DNA of 64,000 nucleotides from Octopus sinensis (GCF_006345805.1 NC_043002.1:76818001-76882000); one strand, 5' to 3'; positions 11,651-25,486 are shown, counted from the stretch's first letter. Notes: generated by a model from the sequence alone, not told the origin. Translations and numbers: made by a program.

Positions 11651-12899
11651 TGTGTGGAAGCAGTACCTGTGCTAATGTCTGCTTGCGTCTTTATGCTAAT
11701 CTCTGGTTTCTGTAGTGTTAATTTGATAAGATAAATCTTCCTTTAAGAAAGCTGTCAATATTACAGGTAACTATCACAACCTGAGGAACTGAATTCAGTT
11801 AAGTAAGTCAACAAGTAATTAATTCATTCATTAATGTCCAACTCCTACTTAAAGTAGTAAATTTTAACCTTTGTGATAACCTGAGATTTAGGTGCATTTG
11901 TCCATTGAAAGTTTTTGTGATAGCAAGCAATGAAATTTGGCCACAGGATATGACTAGCTGCCCTTTCTACTGATTGTACAATATCATATTGACCCAGGTC
12001 TGCTTTTCTGGTAAATCACTCTACTAAATAGGCTTCCTCCATGGTTTGCTATAGCTATAGTTTTATAATCAATGAGTGGTAATGAAAGAGTATATAACAA
12101 AAATTCTTGTACCTTATTTATTTTCAAGTAAATGTAATATAGAAAAATCTAGATGCCGGGGACTTTTATTTTTTTAATCTTATTTAATGTTTTTTTGTAA
12201 GTTTGTTTTTCTATGTTACTTTGAGTGGGTTTGTGTTTGTAAATAGATTATTTGCTTTTATTTGGAATAGTTAATAGAGCTGACTGATTTTTTTGTCCAA
12301 TGTTAAATAATCAACTGTTGAAGTGGAAATTGTATTTGTGATTAGACAGGTACTTTAAATGAAGAACGACCAGAAACTTTTAAGGGACACCATATAATGG
12401 CTATAGCAGAGTTCCAACATATCTCTCTGACTGATTAGTGAACCAAATACATTCAATGCCAATATCTGTGTCACACTCAAGAAGAAAGAATGGATTATTC
12501 AGTTTGTTTTCGGTTGTGGAAGTAAAAATGGAACTAAACATATAATGGGTTTTCTGATCTGAATTGTAGATAAGATTATAATTTTCTGGACTGTTAAACT
12601 TGCTCTTAAACTGTTCCTCTATTCTTTTGCTTGATTTAGTACATAAAATATTTATCTCCATACTTATAACCAAAGAGAAGGAATGTTCTTTATCCACTAA
12701 GTAATGTCTTCATCCTAATTTGAATCCAGTCTGAGACTATATACATATCTAGTAATAAGACACCAGATAACGGTCAAAGTTTTCAAAATGTAGAGCAGTA
12801 TTTGAGTAATGCAAATATATACTGCAAAGGTGAAGTTAAGGTCTGAAAAATCATGATATAAAAATGGAATATTTAATACTTCTAGTATGAAGCTTTGAT

Positions 12900-13205
12900 C
12901 ATCATCATCAGCGTTTAACGTCCATTTTCCATGGGTTGGACAGTTTGACTGGGGTCTGGGAAGCCAGGGAAGCCAGGAGGCTGCACCAGGCTCCAGTCTG
13001 ATCTGGCAGTGTTTCTACAGCTGGATGCCCTTCCTAATGCCAACAACTGTAATGGGTGCTTTTTACGTGCCACTGGCATAGGTGCCAGTGGAGGCTGGCA
13101 ATGGCCACGATCGGTTGGTGCTTTTTACATGCCACTGGCATGGAAGTCAGTCAAGGCAGCACTGGCATTGGCCACGTTTGGATGGTGCTTTTTACGTGCC
13201 ACTGA
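12900..13205 (-). mobile_element. SINE family C with a (GAT)n tail
   Basis: CATCATCAGCGTTTAACGTCC..CAGCTGGATGCCCTTCCTAA..CTTTTTACGTGCCAC. Same family as 35035, 40260, 45915 and 47085. Confidence 0.8.
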
Positions 13206-13949
13206 CACATCATTATGTAATATTTATAAGTATTCTAATTAGAGAAATTTAAAACAGTGGAACTATGTTTCTGTAGTAATTGAGGAACAGAGGCGCAATG
13301 ATTAACACTGGTTTCTAGGCTTGTGATTTCAGAGCTTATGCAGCAGCTAGAATTATGTTGCATCCTTCGGCTTACTTTGCCATTTAAGAGACTATCATCG
13401 CTAGCAAGTTGTAATTTAAACTGCACAGTATATAGGGATTGAACTATGAATGTTTATTCCACTATTAATTGCAGATTAAACAGGCAATGAAAACTGAATG
13501 TGTCATTGTTTTCATAGCAGTCCTTTCCTATGTTCTTACAATACTTTTGCTTTCAACTTGTTCATATTCTATGTTAACTGCACACAGTACACTACTTTGC
13601 TCCCAAGTTTCTCTGTCTCCCTGATTTCAGACAATCCTCATAGATCTGTTGGCATTTTCCTTACATTTCAGACATTGACTTATTAAATAAATAGTACTTT
13701 CTGACATGGTTCTAATTTTGTTCAACACTGAAATCTGCATGTGACAATTTTGTTCCATATATGGCCCATTATTTCTTCTAAGAATGTTTCCAGCATAAAT
13801 TCTGTAAAAATCAAATAAATATGCTGATAAATGGAAAAGCAAACACCGCATTGTAATTCTCCTAACAAATTGGCTTTTTAAGAACTTTGAAAACGCTTTA
13901 GATCATGATTTATCATGTGATCACACATGACTAATCAGACTTTCAGATG

Positions 13950-14180
13950 TTGTTATACATCACTGGTTACAATGTGCTTTTGCATTGTTTTAGCCTTCAA
14001 ATGATACCACCCTGCTGGCTAGGTGAGCAGGCCAACATTCCCCCTTGATCGAAGGGGGACCGGAGGAACATGAAATGAAGTGTTTTGCTCAAGAACACAA
14101 CACATCGTCCAATCCAGGAATCGAACCCACGATCTAGCAATCATGAGTGCAACAGCCTAACCACTTGGCCACACACCTTC
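13950..14180 (-). mobile_element. SINE family E
   Basis: Reverse complement has a tRNA-like head (GGAATCGAACCCACGATC on the plus strand). Confidence 0.65.
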
Positions 14181-15269
14181 ACAGATCATGATTTATATAT
14201 ATTATATTATATATTATATATATTTGAGAAATATATAGGTCATGATTTATATATTTCTCAAATATAATAAGCTACGGTGAAAATATTATTTTTCACTGTT
14301 TCCGTCATCTTTGAAACATGTTGGATGTGAAGAGTGGTAAGAAGTAGATTTCTGAAAAACTAGTGGAGACCTTCATGACAAAGACTAGAAGGCTTGCAGC
14401 AAATTAGGTGTGTATTTGAAGTTTTTTGTTGTAAAGGTATTATGCTTCTTTTGCTAATGGATGTAAGAATGGGTAAATGACCATCTATTGTTATAAGTCC
14501 CAAATCAACAATGAGTGAGTAAACCTATTATCAAAGGCATTCCACCTGTAACTATTTTGACATCTTTGTAAATCAGGGACTACATGTCTTTGGAACAAAT
14601 TTTTGCAGATAGTTATGCCTTCTATAATGTTCTGGCAGCATAACCAAGCCATGGACATCTTTTGTTGCATTAAAGCAACAAAACTTCTTCATCTGTATAA
14701 GGTGAATTGATACCAAAGTGAAATCTGTGGTTTTTATTTGATGGACAGAGAGAATGGGTAATACACAAGCATAAATTAAAATCCCAAACTCCAGACTTCT
14801 GGAAGAGGCAGGTGGATCTGGAGAAGAGGTTTATATTAAAACAAAAAAAAAAAAGAAATTTAATTTAATCTGAAGCAGAGGTGAATGTCCACAGTCCTTG
14901 AGTTGGATGTAATTGCCATTTGAAAGTTGTATTAATCTAAATGGTATTTTGGTGATCTTGCTGCCTAATGAAGATATTGATTTCTTCTTTGGCATTTTCT
15001 GTGGAGTTGTTGTTTAAATGATGTACAGAAGTAATTGATTTTTGAAGTGTAGATCATGCTAGTTGCAGTTTGTAGAAGTAATAGTAAGTAAATGGAACCA
15101 AATGGAGAAGGAAAAAAAATCATTCAACAATCAAATAAATATGCTTGACTGAGCAGACCATTAAAACTGTCTCAAGAAGTTAAAACAAAACAAAACTTGT
15201 GAGTCTATAATAACCACATTTTGAAGTTGTTTCTTTTTTAAATTTAATTCTTTTTTTATTGAAACTTAC

Positions 15270-15316
15270 CATCCGTCAAAAACACTCATAATCAATAAAA
15301 TGAAGGCTTCAAAAAA
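15270..15316 (-). CDS. Candidate host-gene exon (FFEAFILLIMSVFDG), unidentified
   Basis: Strong acceptor tatttttctcccag and donor ATG|gtaagt. One open frame. Frame-compatible with the candidate exon at 19571-19640. Confidence 0.25.
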
Positions 15317-16097
15317 CTGGGAGAAAAATATAATATACTTTGATGGATAGATAGATTCTTATTGATTGTCAAAGTCATTCCATTATGGAGTTATATTTCA
15401 CAACAATGAATTCTTAGTATAAATTGCATGCAAATATAGTAGTGATTAAGAAAGTCAAAACTTGAGTGTGAAGTCAAACACATACCTTGTTCGCATATAT
15501 TTAGTTTTTAGATAAGATAGACAAAAAAAGTCTTAATAGTTAATGTTCTCAATCAAAGTTGTCTTCCAGAATATTCTTGATGTGAAATAAAAATAGCAAG
15601 ACAATTAATGTAGAACTTTGATCTTACAAATAAGTTTGAAACCCAGAGGGGAAGAGGAAAACAAGAAACCTCAGGATCACTGAACAAAGAGTGATAGAAG
15701 AGGAATGAAAGATGACAGAAATGAAAGTTGCCTTCCAGAATATCCCTGATATGAAAGAAATATAACAGAACAATTAAAATAAAGTAAGTTTTCTAGCAAA
15801 TAAAAATTTGGAACATGACAAAGGAAAAAAGGAAGGTAGAGAGAACTACCTGGAAGAGATAAGCAAATGAATTGAGGATGATATGGAACTAAGTGAAATA
15901 AAAAAAAGCATAATATGGAACATGCTGGAAGATTGACTGTGGAGAGCCAATGTTCTGCTAGGAATCCAAACAGGTCACTATGATGATGATGGTAATGATA
16001 ATGAATGTAATGATGATGCTGGTGATGATGATGATGAAACATAAGATGGAAATAAGAATAAGTAAATAAATGAATAAAGAGAAAAGATTGGCCTTAT

Positions 16098-16358
16098 TTA
16101 CTCTTTACTCTTTTACTCTTCTACTTGTTTCAGTCATTTGACTGCGGCCATGCTGGAGCACTGCCTTTAGTTGAACAAATCAACCCCAGGACTTATTCTG
16201 TCGGTCTCTTTTGCTAAACCACTAAGTTACAGGGACATAAACACACCAGCATCAGTTGTCAAGCGATGGTAGGGAGACAAACACAGACACAAAGGCACAC
16301 ACACACATACATACATACATACATACATACATACATACATACATACATACATACATAC

Positions 16359-16419
<61 letters not shown>

Positions 16420-16552
16420 GATGGGCTTCTTTCCGTTTCTGTCTACCAAATCCACTCACAAGGCTTTGGTCAGCTTAAGGCTATTGTAGAAGACACTTGC
16501 CCAAGGTGCCATGCAGTGAGACTGAACCCAGATCCATGTGGTTGGGAAGAAG
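16098..16552 (-). mobile_element. SINE family A, full length, with an expanded central (CATA)n/(TA)n
   Basis: Both head and tail motifs present. Confidence 0.9.
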
Positions 16553-16859
16553 TTACCTATTATTTATTTATCTATTTATCTATCTGCAATAAATAAATCA
16601 TGCTATTTAGTTTTAGGTGTAGGAACATGTCTGGTATTTAGACATTTCTTTTTTAGATTCAAAAGTTCATAACCTGTAAGAATGATCTATGACATTCTTG
16701 TTTGAAAGAAGAATTTTTCTGTTTTTCTTAAGTAACAGAAAAATGAAATAAATTCATTGGAGAAGTAATTTTATTTTTTTCTACTTATAAATTGATATTA
16801 GGCTGAATTGAGAAAGAAAAACAACAGCGGACTACAGCTCTTGCTTCTGTTATGAGATT

Positions 16860-17290
16860 ACTAATGCACTTACAGACATACTATACCATATCCCACCAAA
16901 AGGTCACTGGACTTTGGGATGATATCACTCACTGACACACTCTAGCTTCTGCCCAATAGACATGTTTTCTCATTTTGTTGCTTCTGCAACACAGTAGGTC
17001 CTACTCCTGAAAGCCGGTCGATCTAATGTCACCTACACTCAGGCTCATTCACCTTGTCTCTCCTACTCTCATCAGCTACACTGTGTCCATCTCACACTTT
17101 CAGGCTCCCTGCTGAGCTCTTTTTTCCCAGTTTTCATTTATGTGAATGTAACCCTGGAATTAACATACGCTTCCCTGTAGCTGTTCATGAAGAACATCTA
17201 CCACATCCATTTTACTAGTCTCAAAGGGCGTGCACAGGTTGCATTGCCCCATTCCTCAAGATTCACTGTTTAACAGCTATAAAGTCTCTG
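16860..17290 (+). mobile_element. Old CR1/L2 3' fragment
   Basis: Pyrimidine-rich degenerate sequence with CCCTGGAAT..TTCCCTGTAGCTGTT, resembling the LWNSLP..VFP tail. Confidence 0.4.
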
Positions 17291-17324
17291 TCACCTTTTA
17301 AAATTAAGTTCTTTCTGTTTTTCT

Positions 17325-17690
17325 TTTATTCTTTTACTTGTTTCAGTCGTTTGACTGTGGCCATGCTGGAGCACCACCTTTAGTCGAGCAAGTCAACCCC
17401 AGGACTTATTCTTTGTAAGCTTAGTACTTATTCTATCGGTCTCTTTTGCCGAACTGCTAAGTTAGGGGGACGTAAACACACCAGCATCAGTTGTCAAGCA
17501 ATGTTGGGGGGACAAACACAGACACACAAACATACACACACACACATATATATATACAACAGGCTTCTTTCAGTTTCTGTCTACCAAATCCACTCACAAG
17601 GCTTTGGTCGGCTCGAGGTATCACACAGTAGGACTAAATCCAGAACCATGTGGTTGGTAAGCAAGCTACTTACCACACAGCCACTCCTGC
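17325..17690 (-). mobile_element. SINE family A, near full length
   Basis: Head and tail motifs present, with a small internal deletion. Confidence 0.9.
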
Positions 17691-18186
17691 ACCTGTAGTA
17701 CTTAAATCAATTTTTTAAAATAATTTTTAACATGGCAATTTGTTTACACAAAGTGATTGATCAGCCACTTAATATTATCAGCATAAGCAATGCTATGTCA
17801 TCATCATCATCATTGTTTTAACATGCTCTTCTTCATGTTTATATAAGTCAGACAGAGTTTATAAAGACAGATTTTCTATAACCTGATACCCTCCTTTTTG
17901 CCAACCCTCACCTATTTCCAAATGAGGTAATATTTTCTCATGACCAGAAAATGCTTTTGTAGAATATTAGGGATGAATGGTATTCATTTGCAACAATCAT
18001 GTGATGTCAAGACTAGGCGACCAAGCACTGACATACACACTCACAAGTGCATGCGTGTGTGTGTATGTGTGTGTATATGTGCATGTGTGTGCATGTGTGT
18101 GTGCATGTGTGTGTATGCATCTGTACATGTGTGTGTGTCTGTGCATGTGTGTGCAAGTGAGAGAAAGTGAGTATGTATACATATGA

Positions 18187-18223
<37 letters not shown>

Positions 18224-18282
18224 AATACATATATATATATATATACGTGTGTGTGTATGTACATATATATATGTACATGACC

Positions 18283-18372
18283 ATACCAATGCAAACGTCT
18301 CTCTTGCAGGCCACATCCGATGCTTCTTATGTCCAACATTTCTCTCAGGGTGATTACACTCTGTCGTGTGTG
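18283..18372 (-). mobile_element. RTE LINE fragment between microsatellites
   Basis: RQSVITLREMLDIRSIGCGLQERRLHWYGHV (RLxWxGHV motif). Confidence 0.75.
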
Positions 18373-18385
18373 CACACTGACATAC

Positions 18386-18418
<33 letters not shown>

Positions 18419-18440
18419 TGTATGTATGTATGTATGTATG

Positions 18441-18472
<32 letters not shown>

Positions 18473-19309
18473 TGTATGAACGTATGCATAAGACAGGCTG
18501 ATTTCAGTTTCCATCTTCCAGATTCACCCACAACTCAGGCTATAGTTGAAGACACTTGCCTAAGGTACCATACAGTGGGACTGAACATGAAGCCTGTAAA
18601 TATAAATATTATGTATTCTAACTGCTTCACCTTGGTTCAATGTCAATGATGTGAAATAATGACATGAATTGGATTATGGACAAATTCTCACTATTAATGA
18701 GATATATATTATAAACTCCTATATGAAATACAGAAAGAAGAACAGGCCTACTGATAAGAATTGAACCACACACACACACACACAAGTTGCTTTGTGGGTG
18801 AGTACATTACTGATTATAGTAAAAAAAAAGAATAAATATATACACTGAAAAAGTTATCCTTTTCTTTTACAGTTTAAATGGTAGTTTATAAATTTTAAAA
18901 TTTGGTAACAAAAGGGGTAAAAAAAAATAAATTATTTTTATTTACAAATGAAACACAGACATAAATTGTAAAACAACAAACAAATTTTTCATGAGAGGAA
19001 GCCATTTCCATGGGTTGTAACTGTAGAAGAGTGGGGGAATCTTGTGCTTGAAATATTTAGATAATTTTTTTAATACTTTCCTGAACCACTGAACTTGTGA
19101 AAAACACTATACAGAACAGGTAAAAGCAATTTTTATCTTTAAAGCCTCATATTCTGTGATCTATTTTAAAAGTACAATAAATGTATTCTTGTATAAAATT
19201 ACATTTTATAATGCAAAAAATATTTTGGGTTTTGTTTGAAGATTAATGTATGTAATGGTTTGTGTTTAAAATATAGCAGGCAAAAAGCTATAGTGTATAT
19301 AAACACATG

Positions 19310-19340
<31 letters not shown>

Positions 19341-19570
19341 CCTTGATGGTTCAATAAGAATCCACTGGAACATTGAGACTATTATTATTATTTTTATAAC
19401 TGAAAAATTTTATTAAAAAAATGAGTTTTAATGTATTACAATTTGTTTAAATTTGAATTGAAATTTTTTTACAGATTTAAATAGAAGCTGTTGAATAACA
19501 AACCATTATTAAGTATTTGGGTTTTAAATAAAAAAAAACAAGGAAATATAATTGAAAAACAGCAGCTTAC

Positions 19571-19640
19571 ATGATGAGATCCTAGCATATGCAACTGTGC
19601 ATGAAATACAGGGTTATGGAATTCAAAGATGAAGAAATAC
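19571..19640 (-). CDS. Candidate host-gene exon (YFFIFEFHNPVFHAQLHMLGSHH), unidentified
   Basis: Acceptor atttcttcgtgtcaatcag, donor CAT|gtaagc. A single open frame (phase 2 to 0). Confidence 0.22.
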
Positions 19641-19944
19641 CTGATTGACACGAAGAAATTCTATAAATTGCAAATGCTTCTTTAGCAAAGCATTATAGTA
19701 GAAAAGAATAGTAGTAGAATTTCTGTTAGATTACTTTCAAAGTGACTTAAAGTGGTAGTAAAGTTCTTGATATTATCAAACTTGAAAGTTATGTTCAAGC
19801 TTTGTGCTGACTTTTTTACTGGTGAAATGATGGAATGATGTTTCAATTACTATACTAACAATTTACATACCAGTCAAGACAACATAGATACATTTTTTAA
19901 AATATTAAATATTTTTATTTAATAAAAAATATTTATAACCTAAG

Positions 19945-20900
19945 GCAAGGCAGGAATTTCAACCGTGTTTCATGGTCTGCTACCACAACAGCTCCTTTAT
20001 AGGATCCAGTTAGCTCAAGACATCATCAGGAGGAACCACAGCTGGTTTCAGCCCCTACTCCTCTAATGTTTTGATGCAGCCCCCCCCCACCTTCGGAGGT
20101 GTCTTCTTTCTCCTTCTTTCTTCTGTTCCCTGGCCTCTTCGATGTAGTGTCAATGAGTGTCAGCGGGCAACTGACTGTCTTGTCAGATTTCCCTTTAAAT
20201 ACCTGCTGCTAGGCTCCAGCAGGCAGCTCCAGTAAGTTGTCAAGTGACACTGTCTCAACTTTAACTAACCAATGAAGGCGTGTAGTCTTAGCCCACACAT
20301 TCTCTAAACAAAACTGTCAACTGTCAATCAGTGTCAGCCTGTTTCACCTAGTGATGTTATTTTCCTGCCAGCATGTTATGACTTTCAAGCCATTTTTGGT
20401 CTTTCTGCTTCAGCCATATATAAAAGCTGGCTTTTTCGACCACCTCCTGTATTCTCCTTATTAGTTTCTTTACATTTTTATTGTTTCTTTACATCTCAGA
20501 ATGTTAGTTGAGTTGAGAGAAGCTGATGAAGAAGCTCAAACTGGAAGCTAACCACAAAATATCAATGTTTGCAGGTTTTCGTAATCATGAGGGTGTATCC
20601 TCATTGAATTATGAATCAAAAACAGGTTATTAGTATGAGCTTGTAGAAAATATCAAGAGTAAAAAGATCAATATTTTGAAACCTTACCACTCTGCAGCTC
20701 TCTCTATTTTAATAAATGAAGCTATTGTCTTTGCTTGTGTTTCTACATTCACTGCATTGCTCAGTTCTCCCTCAAATGGATTGTTGGATGTTTCCTTGTA
20801 TGAAGAAGCAATTATCAGGAATATTTTTGAAAACCAAGGTGAGCTTAAGCAAGAGTAAAGCAGTTCTTGAACAATTGTGGACCAGATTTCTTTGGAAAGG
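19945..20900 (-). mobile_element. Probable old Penelope-like element 3' region (pseudo-LTR and possible GIY-YIG remnant)
   Basis: Minus strand reads CCTGATGATGTCT..AGACCATGAAACACGGTT, then AATAAA. GC-richer block with CCAAT and TTTAAATA. The upstream frames are only weakly GIY-YIG-like. Confidence 0.35.
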
Positions 20901-21269
20901 CCTTTTCTTTTTGATCTTTTATTATGCTGGCAGAAATATGTTGGAAATTTTGGTGATTATGTAGAGAAAGGATACCTATAAATGTTATAGTTCATATGTT
21001 AATATAGATTTATCCCTTTCTTTATCATTTAAATTGGGTGTTCATAAAATCAACGATGTATAATTCAGGATTTGGCAGTATTCTTTGGTTATGCTTCTGT
21101 ATTAAAGTTTGCTAATTCCTCCCATTTATAGATTATAGCATACTATTTCAGCTCTTTTTTTCTTTACAAAGCCAAAGTATGGTCAAAGTAGAGTACTACT
21201 CACATATCTTCAATGGTGATATTGCTACACAAACATTCATAACCACATTCCTAAGTAATCCAGTTGATT

Positions 21270-21560
21270 GTCAACAATTCATTCACTAACACTCTTCAAC
21301 AAGCTCACCTATACTGCTTATTCTTTTTGTCTTTTCTACAGTTATTACAATGACTTCTGTTTACTTTCTAATACCCTTCTAGTACACCTGTCTAATACAC
21401 CTGTCTATCTTCTTATCATTCTTACCATCTCTCACCTCCTATATCTCAGGCCAAACTCTTTATGTGATCATCTCTCTCCAGGCTGCAGATTATATATTGG
21501 CTGAGACAACTGTCTCAACCAATATATAATGTGTTACATGAACATTGTTCCTTCTTATAA
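21270..21560 (+). mobile_element. Old L2/CR1 3' fragment containing a 42-bp palindrome
   Basis: TTTTCTACAGTTATTACAATG (FYRYYNG-like). Inverted repeat at 21489-21530. Confidence 0.4.
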
Positions 21561-22265
21561 AAAACACAAAAAAAGATTTCAAGGAATAAAACATTTGAAA
21601 ATGTGTGTTTTTCTGAAAATGATAAAATCTTGAATCAGAGGAAACTGGTCATTGTCTGCTTAGTCTACAATTAGTCCCTAAAAGAGTTTGATGAATTAAA
21701 TTGCTGTGAAGAATGTCGCATCTTATATTTCAAGCCTTGTTCATTTTGTTTGAGAGTGAGGAAGAAAGAGTAAGTAGTGGTGGCCCTTGGGTTGTTGGCA
21801 AGTTTGTGAGAAAGAATAGAACTGGAGTTATATTTAGAGGAGAGAGACTGTTAAGTATAGGATGTGGTAGGATCAAAAGGAGAGGAAGCTAAGAATCGGG
21901 GAAGAGATAGTAGAAAGAGACATTTGCCTCAAACAAGGCAGAGAAATGCAGAGGAAAGGTGAAGATTTTTAGTAAAGAGAATGCCAGTGTTATGTAAAAG
22001 AAGCAAGGGGCAAATATTTCTAGTTTTGAATGAAAAATAAGAAAAAATAATTTTAGCCAGTAATAATGAAGGCAATTGTAAAAACTCACACCTTACTGCT
22101 CTATCAGAAAAGAACACATATTCAAATGTATGCATTCATTTAGGTCATACTTACATAGACATATATACATACATACATACATACATGCATGCATGCATAC
22201 ATACATACATACATACATACATACATACATACATACATACACACATACAAACACACATACATACA

Positions 22266-22720
22266 GTATGGTAGAAGCCATAGCCATGCATAATAAAAAG
22301 GAATACTTGTGGCATGTACCATTGAAGGCCTCAATAAGATGTAAGCACAATAAATCTGATATAATGATTTGGGACAGAGAAAAGAAACTGTGCACAGTTG
22401 TGGAAATTAGTAGATGTTAACATAAGGCTAAAGATTAATGTAAAAGAGATCACTTGTACTGAACTATTGAGAAATCTACAGTTACTCTATCCAGATTACA
22501 AGCTCAGATTTATACCTGTAATCATTGGGGCCCTGGGATATATAACACATTGCCTAAATACCAGTCTTGAGAAATTGGGCTTCTCAAAATCAGAAAGGAG
22601 AAAGCTAATTCGAAAACTACAGATTCAATCCATTACTGGAATATTTAAATATATATGAGCATGTCAAGATATGCAACTATATGCATGAGAATACATACAT
22701 AAACTATACAAATTTGCGTG
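22266..22720 (+). mobile_element. 3' fragment of an RLE-type non-LTR retrotransposon (R4/Dong/NeSL-like), copy 1
   Basis: KHNKSDIMIWDREKKLCTVVEIS..DVNI..K...FIPVIIGALG..LEKLG..LQIQSITG is the PD-(D/E)xK restriction-like endonuclease tail. Frameshifted. Ends in (CATA)n. Confidence 0.85.
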
Positions 22721-22855
22721 CACATACATACATACATACATACATACATACACATACATACATACATACATACACATACATACATACATACATACATCAT
22801 ACATACATACATACATACATACATACATACACACATACAAACACACATACATACA

Positions 22856-23310
22856 GTATGGTAGAAGCCATAGCCATGCATAATAAAAAGGAATACTTGT
22901 GGCATGTACCATTGAAGGCCTCAATAAGATGTAAGCACAATAAATCTGATATAATGATTTGGGACAGAGAAAAGAAACTGTGCACAGTTGTGGAAATTAG
23001 TAGATGTTAACATAAGGCTAAAGATTAATGTAAAAGAGATCACTTGTACTGAACTATTGAGAAATCTACAGTTACTCTATCCAGATTACAAGCTCAGATT
23101 TATACCTGTAATCATTGGGGCCCTGGGATATATAACACATTGCCTAAATACCAGTCTTGAGAAATTGGGCTTCTCAAAATCAGAAAGGAGAAAGCTAATT
23201 CGAAAACTACAGATTCAATCCATTACTGGAATATTTAAATATATATGAGCATGTCAAGATATGCAACTATATGCATGAGAATACATACATAAACTATACA
23301 AATTTGCGTG
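22856..23310 (+). mobile_element. RLE retroposon fragment, copy 2 (590-bp tandem unit)
   Basis: ORF translation identical to copy 1 at an offset of exactly 590. Confidence 0.85.
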
Positions 23311-23445
23311 CACATACATACATACATACATACATACATACACATACATACATACATACATACACATACATACATACATACATACATCATACATACATAC
23401 ATACATACATACATACATACACACATACAAACACACATACATACA

Positions 23446-23900
23446 GTATGGTAGAAGCCATAGCCATGCATAATAAAAAGGAATACTTGTGGCATGTACC
23501 ATTGAAGGCCTCAATAAGATGTAAGCACAATAAATCTGATATAATGATTTGGGACAGAGAAAAGAAACTGTGCACAGTTGTGGAAATTAGTAGATGTTAA
23601 CATAAGGCTAAAGATTAATGTAAAAGAGATCACTTGTACTGAACTATTGAGAAATCTACAGTTACTCTATCCAGATTACAAGCTCAGATTTATACCTGTA
23701 ATCATTGGGGCCCTGGGATATATAACACATTGCCTAAATACCAGTCTTGAGAAATTGGGCTTCTCAAAATCAGAAAGGAGAAAGCTAATTCGAAAACTAC
23801 AGATTCAATCCATTACTGGAATATTTAAATATATATGAGCATGTCAAGATATGCAACTATATGCATGAGAATACATACATAAACTATACAAATTTGCGTG
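23446..23900 (+). mobile_element. RLE retroposon fragment, copy 3 (590-bp tandem unit)
   Basis: ORF translation identical at an offset of 1180. Confidence 0.85.
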
Positions 23901-25486
23901 CACATACATACATACATACATACATACACATACATACATACATACACATACATACATACATACATACATACATACAAACTCACTCTCATTTACATGTATA
24001 TACACTTGGATATTAAGAAGCAGACAGGAATATGTAAGTGTGTAGGAGTATACACACTCATACAAACATGTCTGTATACATATTCATTTACATACACACA
24101 ATATAGGTACAAAATATTCTTAACTGAATGAACAGAAAGGAAGAAAACACTTCAGGTGAGCTAGGGGAGGGGTAAGTGTAAAGCAAAATTATAGGATGTT
24201 GAAATGTTAATTAATTTCCTGCAGAAAAAAACGTCTGCCTCATTGAAGAAAGCATTTTTTTTACCTAGTGTGTGTGTGAGTGATGAGCTATATTGTAGGA
24301 CACCACAGACCATGAAGTGGTCAGTGGAATAGTTCGGTGAATTAAAGAAATGGGCTATACATTTGAGAAGTTGCTTTGGCATTGTTATACACCTTGAAAT
24401 ATTCACAACACCAACCTCCAAAACAGTACAATGCATTGCAGAGATTGCTTACAATGGAGGAAGCATAACTGAAGTAACAGTCATAGATCACATATTATAC
24501 TTTAGTTTATAGTTCATAATTTACTTGCATAGGTTGTATATACCCAGCTTTGTTTATTTACTTATTCACATCCTGAAGTCTATTATTATTGTTCATGTGG
24601 TCATTGATATTGTCACTGTGATTGAGGTTAACAAGCGATTTATTATACCTAATATTACATCAAAATTTTCTTTCAAGTTGATACTTAGGTAGCAAAAAAA
24701 GATTAAAAACTGTACTGATGTCTCTACTGCACACCCCTACTGCCTTTGTTCTTAATACCCATATAAAATTTTCCACCATTCACTTTGAGAAGCACTGATG
24801 TATTTGATTGTTGTGTATGATTTAATGCTGAAAGTTGACTAGTGATAAATGTGTTTCTAAGGTACAAACAGTGTTTCATGTGTTGTCAACTAGAAATATT
24901 TGAAGCTGAGTGTATCCACAATCAAATAGATAAAACTGATAAAAATGATACATAAAATAGAGTTTGAAACATAAAAGTAAACGAGATGGTACAGGTCTTA
25001 GTAAACTAAATCACTGATAAAATGACATTGGCAAGATAGACATCCCATTTCATATCATAAATTTATATTTAGTGGTGGGGCTACAGGATAGATATAAAAT
25101 TTTAAAGCAACAATTTTATGATTATTGATAAAGCAAGAAAAGATGGGGACAGACAGAAGAAAGAGATGCAGAGGAAAAGAATGAGTGAGTGTTATCATTG
25201 TATCAGAAAAATATTCTCAGAAAGGTTTATCTTTTTGATAAACTTGTTTGCATTATGATTTAAATGGGATTAAAAGTAATCCTATAACCAAAGCAATACT
25301 ATAGATTATTGAAGCATTACATGCAACCTTTCACCAGTGCTATCTAAGCCAGTCAGGTAATTGAGTACAAAGATGAATAAAACAGTTGTAGTAGCTCACC
25401 CACCAATTGCCGTGTTTTCTTGTGATAACTTTGAAGGAAGCAATGTTGTACTTGAGATCAGTAAAGACTCTGATTATGTTTGGTAC

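Noticed and set aside
12401-12697. 98-aa minus ORF (DKEHSFSLVISMEIN..)
   Set aside because: No recognisable motif and no convincing acceptor; left unannotated.
22200-23975. Regular repeats as a CRISPR-like array
   Set aside because: The units are 590 bp and identical, with no unique spacers or cas genes, in a eukaryotic context.
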